From Chloroflexota bacterium (lineage in GTDB: Bacteria > Chloroflexota > Dehalococcoidia > SZUA-161 > SpSt-899), in NCBI GenBank assembly GCA_018725455.1, contig QLUN01000001.1:1-26187 (forward strand): a stretch of DNA of 26,187 nucleotides. The letters are read 5' to 3'. Each line of letters begins with the position of its first letter. Positions within the stretch are counted from its first letter, which is position 1. Below the pieces are notes generated by a model. That model was not told where the DNA came from. It did no database searches and was given only the letters and a program-made list of their open reading frames with translations. Below, in pieces: positions 7,202-15,900 of this stretch. The position numbers and the translations under genes were made by a program.

Positions 7202-8046
7202 TTCTCTGATCCTCCAAGTTGTTCATAAATATGTGATGCCGGGGAGCCGGCATTTGACGCCCGAGTAAATATTCCTCTCTGATTCTCAACGGATTGATTG
7301 ATCTGACTGTACTTTCGCTCTCGAATATGAGTCGCCACAGGATGTGATTCGCCACTACTGAACAAAGCATTGAGCGACATGATCGCTTTTGATCGAGCAG
7401 TGCGTGCATCCGTCTTTCCGGCCCTCCAATCGAGTGACGAATGAATGGACAGCCGCAGTGAGGCAGCGAGAAGTAGATCCGCGACACTACCGAGCCTCGT
7501 TGATGCCATTCCTGCTAATCGCCGAATGGAAGAGATTGAGTTTTCTGAGTGAATCGTGGTAACTTTCCCTGAGCCAGGCAGTCCACCAATGAGAACAAGC
7601 CCCCCGTCGTTCAAAAACGAGTGCTGCATCAAGTTGACCAGTGCGTTATTGTCGGTAGTTAGGTCTGCCAGGCGAGGGATTTCAGTGACAATCTGCCTCA
7701 TGCTGATCTCAGAACTCGCGGAGTTGGTGTCTCTGCAACAACGCCACGTTACGCCATCGATCTGAATCCTGAAGTCTTCCTCGTAGGGGAATTCAGTCTT
7801 GATAAGCTCTGCGACACAATCCACCCATGCGCTGAGTTCAGTGCCTGCAAAACGGATAACTTGCGCTTGCCCAGAAAAGCCGTAGGCACCCTCCCCGCGA
7901 GGCTTTGGCGCATTAGAGTGGGTTTCATCAACCCCATCATGAAAGTACAAATCCGTGATTCTCTTGATTGCCGTTATTTTTGGTTTAACGCGATCAGGCG
8001 GCACCCTGAACACCGGCGAGGCAAATCGGGGCTTGGATTCACTCAT
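7198..8046 (-). pseudogene. PilT/DotB-like secretion ATPase with an in-frame internal deletion (282 aa)
   Basis: Walker A GGLVLIGGLPGSGK joins directly to the His-box remnant VTTIHS...; PilT-like C-terminus (LAASLR..., HIRERKYSQI); no Asp box or Walker B. Confidence 0.7.
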
Positions 8047-8137
8047 GTAACCACCATTTAGCGCAATCGTTGCATCTTAGCATCATGAATAGCTTACGAT
8101 GCGCCTTGATGAAACATCAAAAACACGGCTATAGTGG

Positions 8138-8941
8138 ATGATCGACAGGATTGACACCGGGCTTGATGAGTGGATGGATCAGCTTCCACCCGTTCCTCGG
8201 GTGGTTTCGGAGCTTCTCGCGATCTTCGCTTGCGATGACGTGTCGCCTGCGCTCATCGCAAACAAGGTTGGCTCAGACCCTTCGCTGACCGTTAGAGTTT
8301 TGAAGATGGCGAACTCAAGCTATTTTGGCAATCGATCGAAGGTGTCATCGGTCAGTGATGCGGTGGTTAGCCTTGGCACAAGCACCATCAAAAGTATCGT
8401 GCTCTCTGCCTCGTTGCCGGGATCCGTACCGCCCTCGCCATATGTGCGCACTGAGGCTTTCTGGGAGCGCGCCTTCCTTGTCGCCTGCTCTGCTCGGTGG
8501 ATTGCAAAACGCGGAGGCGGAGTCCTGAATTACGAGACGGCGTTTACGGCAGGATTGCTTCACGCCATCGGCCAGCCGGTGCTTCATCGCGCTGCGCCTC
8601 ATCTTCATGAGTCCATAATGGAGGCGATCCGGGTCGGCGAAGCCCCTCTTGTTGCAATCGAAAGGCTGGCCGGTTCAGAATCGGCTCGCATTGGCGGCGC
8701 AATGGCATTGAAGTGGCGACTGCCCCGTGACCTGATCGAAGCGATAGAGTCACAAAACAACCCCGAATCAAGCTCGGTCTATGGGGCTGTGGTCGGCTCG
8801 GCTAAGCGCGTATGCGATCACGGCGTTCAGTCATTGGATCGGGAAAGACTCTCAAGAGCCGGGATCAGCGCAGACAAGCTACTCTCAAGATGCGAGGACA
8901 ACGAGGGCATAGACATCGTTGATCTTGGCGATTGGGCTTAG
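8138..8941 (+). CDS. Stand-alone HDOD-domain protein (267 aa)
   Basis: QLPPVP...SDPSLTVRVLKMANSSYFG...VSDAVVSLG...AFTAGLLHAIG. Confidence 0.9.
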   Translation: MIDRIDTGLDEWMDQLPPVPRVVSELLAIFACDDVSPALIANKVGSDPSLTVRVLKMANSSYFGNRSKVSSVSDAVVSLGTSTIKSIVLSASLPGSVPPSPYVRTEAFWERAFLVACSARWIAKRGGGVLNYETAFTAGLLHAIGQPVLHRAAPHLHESIMEAIRVGEAPLVAIERLAGSESARIGGAMALKWRLPRDLIEAIESQNNPESSSVYGAVVGSAKRVCDHGVQSLDRERLSRAGISADKLLSRCEDNEGIDIVDLGDWA

Positions 8942-8943
8942 TC

Positions 8944-8978
8944 AAAAAAAGGCTGCCATTGATTGGCAGCCTTTTTTT
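8944..8978. terminator. Bidirectional intrinsic terminator
   Basis: A7-GGCTGCCA-ttgat-TGGCAGCC-T7. Confidence 0.92.
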
Positions 8979-8991
8979 CTGATGGTTCAAA

Positions 8992-9177
8992 TTAGGCGGC
9001 AGCAGCGCTGATGCAGTGAACCGCTTGATTTGGCTGCTCTTGGCTCATAAACCACGGATCTAGCGATCCTGGATCGCAACCCTGCTCGATGGCAGATGCC
9101 GCGCGAGCAAGCTGCTCGGGGGAGTAGGCGCTCGTCGGGAAGAACAATTGACTGTGAACAGATTGAGCGTTCGACAT
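8992..9177 (-). CDS. Hypothetical protein (61 aa)
   Basis: AAGGA RBS before ATG 9177; flanked by the motif and a terminator. Confidence 0.6.
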   Translation of the reverse strand: MSNAQSVHSQLFFPTSAYSPEQLARAASAIEQGCDPGSLDPWFMSQEQPNQAVHCISAAAA

Positions 9178-9215
9178 GGCGGGATTCCTTGGCAGGGGAT
9201 GGGCAATCAACTCAA

Positions 9216-9245
9216 ATAATCCTTGCAAAAAAGCGCCCATGTTGC
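9216..9245 (-). promoter_or_regulatory. GCAACA-N18-GATTAT element, copy 4 (weak second box)
   Basis: 63 nt from ATG 9177; second box deviates from consensus. Confidence 0.5.
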
Positions 9246-9432
9246 GACCACATCTGCATTTTTAAGAATTGATTGTGAATACTTGCAAAAGGAGCAGCCA
9301 GTGGCTGCTGAGCACAGCCTCCGTGACCAAGGGCGGAGATGTTGAGCAAGCCAGACTGCTCTAAGCTTACAATCCGATTTCTGCAAACCGCCGTAAAGTG
9401 GTACGGTTTCCTCATCTGAAAGGGAAACGTGA

Positions 9433-11412
9433 ATGCGAGCCGATCTGCTTTCCGAACTCGTTGCACTGATGAAGGCTGCCGGACTTGATCCGCCCCGGCG
9501 CGACATTGATCGATTTAAGTCGGGCAGCACCATAAATTTCAGCACAGGCACCAAGCCAGTACCAGATACGGCTGGATACCTCTCGTGCAGCGAGAGGAGT
9601 GAAGGGGTTGTTGGTTTCTTCGGCAGCCACCGCGCATCTCATCCAGTTTATGAGACATTTTTCCTACCCTATGAAAAGGATAAGGAAGTCAAATCTGGAT
9701 ACCGGCGAAAGGCAAGCGATCCTGCTCAAATAGAGGAGGACAGGCGGCGTCGAGAGGATGCCGAAAAGAGCCGTGAGGGGTCAAGGCTGGAAGCTAAATC
9801 CAAAGCGGAGGCGCTCTGGGGCGCATCAACCGATGCGATCAGCAACCCATACCTCCTCAAAAAACATCTACAGAACCACGTCAATGCGACGACTTCGCTG
9901 GCTCAAATTGATGCAAGCCTCGTCAAGCCGTTGATTGGCTATGCGCCAAGGCGCGACGAAAAACCGCTATCTGGATCCCTTCTGATTGTTCCGCTGTTCA
10001 ACGCAAGCAGTGAGATGGTGAACGTCGAACTCATCGCTGGTGATAGTCTCAAGGTGAGTCTGTATGGTGGCCCGCGACGCGCCTGTTTCTGGCCTACACG
10101 GCTACTGCGTGACGGCGAAACAATTGGACTAGCTGAGGGCGTTGCCACAGCCATGTCGATCGATGCTGCGCTCAACATCGCTGTCGTTTCGGTCGGAGGA
10201 TGTGGAAATTTCGCGCCGGTCATCGAGAGTCTGGCAAAAGAATTCCCCAAGTCCCGATTCATCGTGTTTTCGGATCTTGGCAATGGTCAATCTGCTGCGA
10301 ATATCGCAGCGAAGTTGCATAAAGCGCACTGCATTGCTCCACCCGAATCGCTCAGACAAACAGGCGGCACCGACTTCAACGACCTTTTTGTGATCTCGGG
10401 TGCCGATGGTGTTTTAGAGCACATCATGCCTTCGTTGCCGGAGGTCATAGTAGATCCCTGCGCACTCCCAGGCCTCCCGCCGGGAAAGCGTCGCGTCGAT
10501 TTTACGAACATCAGAAAATTGCCTGATGTACGATGGGTTCTGCCCGGACTTTTGGAGGGCAGTCTAGGGATGATCGTGGGACAAGGCTCCATCGGAAAGA
10601 GCTTCCTCGCCCTCCAAGTATCAATGGCGCTATCAACAGGACTGGTGCTGCCGTGGCTTGACCCGTTCGATGACTTCCGACGCATAGCAGGCGGCGTCGG
10701 TACTATTTTCGGCGAGGACGACGACGACATCATCGAGAGACGGGCATTCTCCATCATGGAGGAGTTTCCGATCTATCGCGAAGAGGAATACAGGGCTCTG
10801 CTGGGCCGCAACATTCACATCTATGGGCTGGTGGGCCACGACATCCGTATCGCGAGCCAAGAGCGATTCGAGATTACTGACGGCCCGTTTCTGGCCGACC
10901 TGGCTGATTTTTGCTCAGGCAAGCGACTGGTCATCATTGATCCGCTCACTCGCATGCTTGATGGCGACGAGAACGACAACAGGGCAGCCGGCGCTATGAT
11001 GACTCGGCTTGCGAGAGTCGCAAATCAAACGCGGTGCTCAATTGTGGCGCTTCATCACGTTGGCAAGACCAACAACAATGATCGCGAGGAATGGGCGGCG
11101 TCACGAGGCGCATCTGCACTAACAACGTCTGTTCGCTACCAACTCAACATCCGCCCGGTAAACGAGGAGGAGTTCAAAAACCTCAATTGCGAGGGGAGGT
11201 ATGAAGATGAGCGAACGAACTACATCGCACTCATTCCGGCCAAGGTCAACTACGGCAAACCGATGAAGAAGAGCTTTATGCGGAGAGGAAAAAACGGCGT
11301 ACTGCATCCATTGAGTCTTCCAATTGGAATGAATCCGCCGTCTTCAGCGAGCATTGGACAGCGCAAGCCAGCGCCCTTCACTCGCGGATCGTTTGGATCA
11401 GGAGACGACTAG
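9433..11412 (+). CDS. Toprim primase fused to an AAA_25 / RSF1010 RepA-like helicase (659 aa)
   Basis: Toprim IGLAEGVATA...FIVFSD...GTDFNDL; Walker A VGQGSIGKS; LVIIDPL; ALHHVGK; ASRGASAL; KVNYG. Confidence 0.88.
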   Translation: MRADLLSELVALMKAAGLDPPRRDIDRFKSGSTINFSTGTKPVPDTAGYLSCSERSEGVVGFFGSHRASHPVYETFFLPYEKDKEVKSGYRRKASDPAQIEEDRRRREDAEKSREGSRLEAKSKAEALWGASTDAISNPYLLKKHLQNHVNATTSLAQIDASLVKPLIGYAPRRDEKPLSGSLLIVPLFNASSEMVNVELIAGDSLKVSLYGGPRRACFWPTRLLRDGETIGLAEGVATAMSIDAALNIAVVSVGGCGNFAPVIESLAKEFPKSRFIVFSDLGNGQSAANIAAKLHKAHCIAPPESLRQTGGTDFNDLFVISGADGVLEHIMPSLPEVIVDPCALPGLPPGKRRVDFTNIRKLPDVRWVLPGLLEGSLGMIVGQGSIGKSFLALQVSMALSTGLVLPWLDPFDDFRRIAGGVGTIFGEDDDDIIERRAFSIMEEFPIYREEEYRALLGRNIHIYGLVGHDIRIASQERFEITDGPFLADLADFCSGKRLVIIDPLTRMLDGDENDNRAAGAMMTRLARVANQTRCSIVALHHVGKTNNNDREEWAASRGASALTTSVRYQLNIRPVNEEEFKNLNCEGRYEDERTNYIALIPAKVNYGKPMKKSFMRRGKNGVLHPLSLPIGMNPPSSASIGQRKPAPFTRGSFGSGDD

Positions 11413-11453
11413 GCGACCCGATAGCAGAAGCACCAGCAGAGACTTCGAGAAGA

Positions 11454-11573
11454 GCGACCGCGAGGGAGGGGGGTCAGTGCGGCGTCCTCGACGGTGATTG
11501 CATGCGGCGCGCCGATGCTGACTCCATCAGCATCGGCGGCACCCCCCGACACGCCGTCGCGGATCTCGGTCGC
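11454..11573. other. GC-rich multi-stem structured element between convergent genes
   Basis: Nested stems 11454-60/11567-73, 11468-74/11541-47 and 11510-21/11527-38; no U-tract. Confidence 0.5.
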
Positions 11574-11587
11574 CTTCAGATTCCGAT

Positions 11588-12037
11588 TTAACGCCGTCCT
11601 TGTTCAGGAATCTTCATGTCCTCAAGAGACATGCTCGGATTTTCCCGCAGGAACTCAGTCACCCACCGAGGCCTAGCACCACGACCAGCCCACTGAAGTT
11701 CGTGATTGTTTGGGTGGTGGTATTTCTTGGGGATGATGTGGCCGGGAGTTCGGGTTGTGACGACCGCAGCTTCGCGACGCTTCAACTCCGAGACTACATG
11801 GCTGATGACTTGGCTGCGAGACATGGAGAGGTACTTTTCCTCCGTCATCCCGTACTCACTTGCGAAGAATTTGATCTCCTTCATGACCGCAACATAGCGT
11901 TCACGAAGTGGCTGCTGAGCATCGATGATCTTCTCCGCCATAGGGCGAAGGAGACTCTCCCTTGCCTCCATGATCTGCTCGAGGCTCATGTCCTCGTAGT
12001 GCAGCTTTTCATGCTCATTTTCGCTAATTAAAGACAT
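11588..12037 (-). CDS. hns: H-NS family nucleoid protein (149 aa)
   Basis: C-terminal PKKYHHPNNHELQWAGRGARPRW; helical N-terminus. Confidence 0.85.
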   Translation of the reverse strand: MSLISENEHEKLHYEDMSLEQIMEARESLLRPMAEKIIDAQQPLRERYVAVMKEIKFFASEYGMTEEKYLSMSRSQVISHVVSELKRREAAVVTTRTPGHIIPKKYHHPNNHELQWAGRGARPRWVTEFLRENPSMSLEDMKIPEQGRR

Positions 12038-12256
12038 TGTTTTTGGCCTCGCGTCGTCACGCATTAAAATGGACGAAGGAGCCGCGCGACCCTGCCTGTC
12101 GTTCTGGCTGAACCTTCAAAGGACAATGAGAAAATGCTCGCCTTCAGCATCTCCACTACCAACAACAATAAATCCAGCGCCATCAACCCAGTATCCTTAA
12201 GTTGGATGTTACGGGATTCTATAAGCCGACGCTACCCTCTTGTCGGGAGGCGCATC

Positions 12257-12889
12257 ATGGATTCACGGAAATTTGAAGATGAGATCTTCCCTCGAACGGA
12301 TCTTGAGAAGCGCCTATCCATCGCAATGGGCCTAAACCCGTCATTTGCGATCCGCCTTCCTCCAGCAACATTCATTCGCGCCTGGAAGGACAGGGCCATT
12401 CTATACCTTCGACAAGACTGTCTGCCTGAAAGTGAAACGCCAGAGACGTTTTCTGAAAAATTGACAGCAGACCTCGCATTTGCCGAGCTTGGGGGGCCTT
12501 CCTTCGCTGCTCGCTACTCCCCTCAGTGCATTGGAGGACCAACACAGGGGCCGATTCAGTACAAGAGCCGCAAATTGGCGCTCCCTTACGCAGATGAGTG
12601 CGAGCTTCCTTGGGCGTGGATCGACATCCGCATCCGCGAAGCGATCTTCCTCTCGCTTTCGGCAGATAAATCAACCTTCCCAGAGAGCGTGGCCAGGGTC
12701 GAAAAGGCTCCGTTGAACATCGAACTCATGGCGGCAAGAAAAAAACAGTACACAGAAGCCACGGAGGCAGATATTTACGACATCACCTTTCAGATGAACG
12801 CCCGATTCAATGTGCCATTGGCGCTTGGACTGACGGTTTTACCGCACGACATCATTCATTCGGTAGCAGCGCCGGATCGCAAGATTTGA
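12257..12889 (+). CDS. Hypothetical protein (210 aa), possibly a degenerate ImmA/IrrE-like fold
   Basis: GGGAGG RBS before ATG 12257; LAFAELG recalls LAHELGH but lacks HExxH. Confidence 0.6.
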   Translation: MDSRKFEDEIFPRTDLEKRLSIAMGLNPSFAIRLPPATFIRAWKDRAILYLRQDCLPESETPETFSEKLTADLAFAELGGPSFAARYSPQCIGGPTQGPIQYKSRKLALPYADECELPWAWIDIRIREAIFLSLSADKSTFPESVARVEKAPLNIELMAARKKQYTEATEADIYDITFQMNARFNVPLALGLTVLPHDIIHSVAAPDRKI

Positions 12890-12922
12890 AAAAAAGCCCC
12901 TGATCGTATAGATCAGGGGCTT
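12889..12922. terminator. Intrinsic terminator between convergent genes
   Basis: AAGCCCCTGATC-gtata-GATCAGGGGCTT with an A-tract on the left. Confidence 0.85.
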
Positions 12923-12926
12923 GGGT

Positions 12927-15900
12927 TTAAGCAGCTTTCGCCGCCTGCGGGTCAGCATCATCAATCGCTGCTTTCGCTCCTTCAAAAACACCCAATTCGG
13001 TGTTGATTTTATCTTGGCGAGCCCGAAGCTCTTCCAATCGGCCCATCTGATCAAAGCCCTGATCCATCATAGCTCGAGCCACAGAGAGATCGCGGTTCAT
13101 TGCGTCCAGACGCCGAAGCGTCCGCTCTGACTCTCCTCGAATGTTGCGAATCGTGTCCATGATCGCATCAATAGGCCCGTTGTGGCGGGCAGCTACGCGC
13201 ACGTCCCACGTTGCTTGACCCTTTAGCGAAAGCTCTGCTTCACGGCCAGAGCCATCAATCCACATCTCAAATCCAGCGAAGTTCCCAGCCAAAAAAGCCT
13301 GATTGCCACGGCTGCGAAGCATGAGCGAGAACAATCGGCGTGATGCCTCCTTGCGGTCAGTGAAAACCTCTTCACGGATGACCATCTCGAAGTTCTTGTG
13401 AGATACGTCAACGATGGCCTTCTCGTCCTCGTCCTGTGCCCGAGCAAGCTGGTTGTAGGCGTGAATCCGAGATGGCAGCGTCCGCAGGGCGTAGCGCGCA
13501 TCACCAGTCTGCTTAACCCACTGGCGATGCAGTGCTTCAAGTTTCAGCACATCAGCGTCAACACCGGCCTTTTCAAGAACCAGTGGATTGCCCGACGCGA
13601 GCGCCTTCACCTCGGCGTAGGACAGTGCCGACAACTCAGCATCCTCTGCTGATCGACCGCCCTCACCGCTCATCACCTGGGCGATAAATCGTGCCTTGTT
13701 GTGGAGACATTGCCACATATACGAGTCGAAGGAGCCGCTGGTGACGTACCGATAGATTGTCACCTCTTCGTTCTCGTTCCCTTGGCGCTCTATTCGGCCC
13801 TCCCTTTGTTCGACACAGCTTGGCTTCCAGGGCGCGTCGATATGATGGAGTGCAACAAGCCGCTTCTGGATGTTCGTCCCAACACCCATCTTCTCAGTAG
13901 ATCCGAGGAGGATTCGCGTCTTGCCCGACCGAACGCTAGCAAACAGCTTCTCTTTGGCCGCATCAGTCGAGGCGTCGTGAATAAAAGCAATCTCACTTGG
14001 GGGAATTCCGCGCTTAATCAGCTTCTCCTTCATGTCTCCATAAAGACTCCAAACCCCCGCACCCTTTGGCGTAGACATATCCAGAAACACAGCTTGGGTG
14101 CCCAGATTACTGGTCGTATTGGCATGCACCTCAACCAGCTTGTCAACACAAAGATTGACTTTGCTGCCAGCCTCGTCCTCGCCGCCTACCAATCGCATGT
14201 CCGTAGCGGCACAGCGCCCATCAAATGTGACAGAGAGCATGTTGTCAACATCTGCCTTAACCTTTCCGGCGCGGATAGACTCTGAACGCTCAACCAGTGT
14301 TTGAACGAACGCCTTCAGGGTGGGGCTCCCTTCCGCAACAACTGTAACGCGGTGCGTGATGGGCGTCGGCAGACTCAGCATCTCCTTCGTTTTAATGTCA
14401 GCAACCTCTGAAAACACCGACATCAACTCAGGCAGATTGACAAACTTGCTAAACCTAGCATTAACGCGATAACCGCCGCCATCAGGCCGAAGCTCAACGG
14501 CCTTAACCACTCGACCGAATGCAGATGCCCAGGAGTCGAACATCTCATAACCAATGCGCTGGAGCGTGCTTGGCTGGAGAAAGGTCTGCATCGTCCAAAG
14601 TTCGGCCATACTGTTCGAAATGGGCGTGCCCGTCGCAAACGTAATACCGCACTCATCATTGCGAATGAACGTGATCTCGCGAACCTTGAGCAGCATGTCG
14701 AACGCTCTCTGGCTGTCAGAGTTCGGCAAACCAGCAATCCGAGTCATCCGAGAGAACCGATACAGGTTCTTCGCCATATGGGCTTCATCTACCGAAAGAT
14801 GATCCACCCCCGTTTCCTCCAGAGTGATAAAATCATCCTTACCCCATCCTGTTGCAAGCAATTCCAGTCGATTGTTGAGCCGAGATTTTGCTGACTCAAT
14901 TTCCTTGATTGTCTTTTTATCATTTTCCGATGACATTGCGGCAGTCAAAATCTCAAGCTCATTGTTGATGAAGGCCTTAACTCGATCAGGGCTGGATTGA
15001 ATCCTTCCAAAACTGGAATGCGTCATGATAATTGCATCCCAAGACCAAGCCGTCATCCTAGCCACGAGCGACTTCCTGTTTTCTTTAGTCGCATCGTCCT
15101 TAGAGGCCGCCAGCACCGAGGCTCCGGGATAAGCCCGAAGAAACTCAGCCATAAACTGCTCAAGCATGTGGCTTGGAACCACAATGAGAGGCTTTCGCGC
15201 CTTTCCGGTTCGCCGCATTTCCATTGCAGCACAGATCATGACCAGTGTTTTACCAGCACCAACACAATGCGCAAGAAGCGTGTTGGCCTTGCCAGAGACA
15301 ATGCGCCAGATTGCGTCTTTCTGGTGTTGCCGAAGCTCAAGGCAGTGGCTAAAGCCCGGAAGAACCAACCGACTGCCGTCGATCTTTCGCTCGACGTACC
15401 GATTCATTACTCGGTTATAAATCTCATGAATACGCGCTTCGCGCTTCTCGTCGGCGTAGATCCAGTCACTAAATGCCTCGCGAATGTTTTCTTGGGCCGC
15501 ACAAGCAGCCAGGGTTTCATCCGGGTTTAGCTTGTACGATTTATTCTCATGATCGCGATCGCGTATCTCAGGCTCTTTTTGGTTCAGAGCAAGAACAAAC
15601 AAATCCCCGGTACTTATCCGCGATGTTGAAAACTTGGCGGATGGACTACAATACCCATTCATCGACCAGAGGCTTACCTTTGCATTTAGGCTAACCTCGG
15701 CTTTATGCCCTCCAAGTCGCTCATTTACAAACTGACTCAATATATCACACGGAATCCATGATGCCCCAAGGTTGATTGTAATATCCTTGGGTTTAATGTC
15801 TTCCGGGATAACCCCCTTTAGAGCCTCCACATTGCTCAAAAACGCCGAGCCTGCCGCCGATGCCATCGACAGCTTCGTCTTCACGTCACCAGAGAGGTAA

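Noticed and set aside
12159-12187. CCAACA-N17-ATCAAC upstream of the 12257 gene
   Set aside because: Box mismatch, wrong spacer and 93 nt from the ATG; not counted as a copy.
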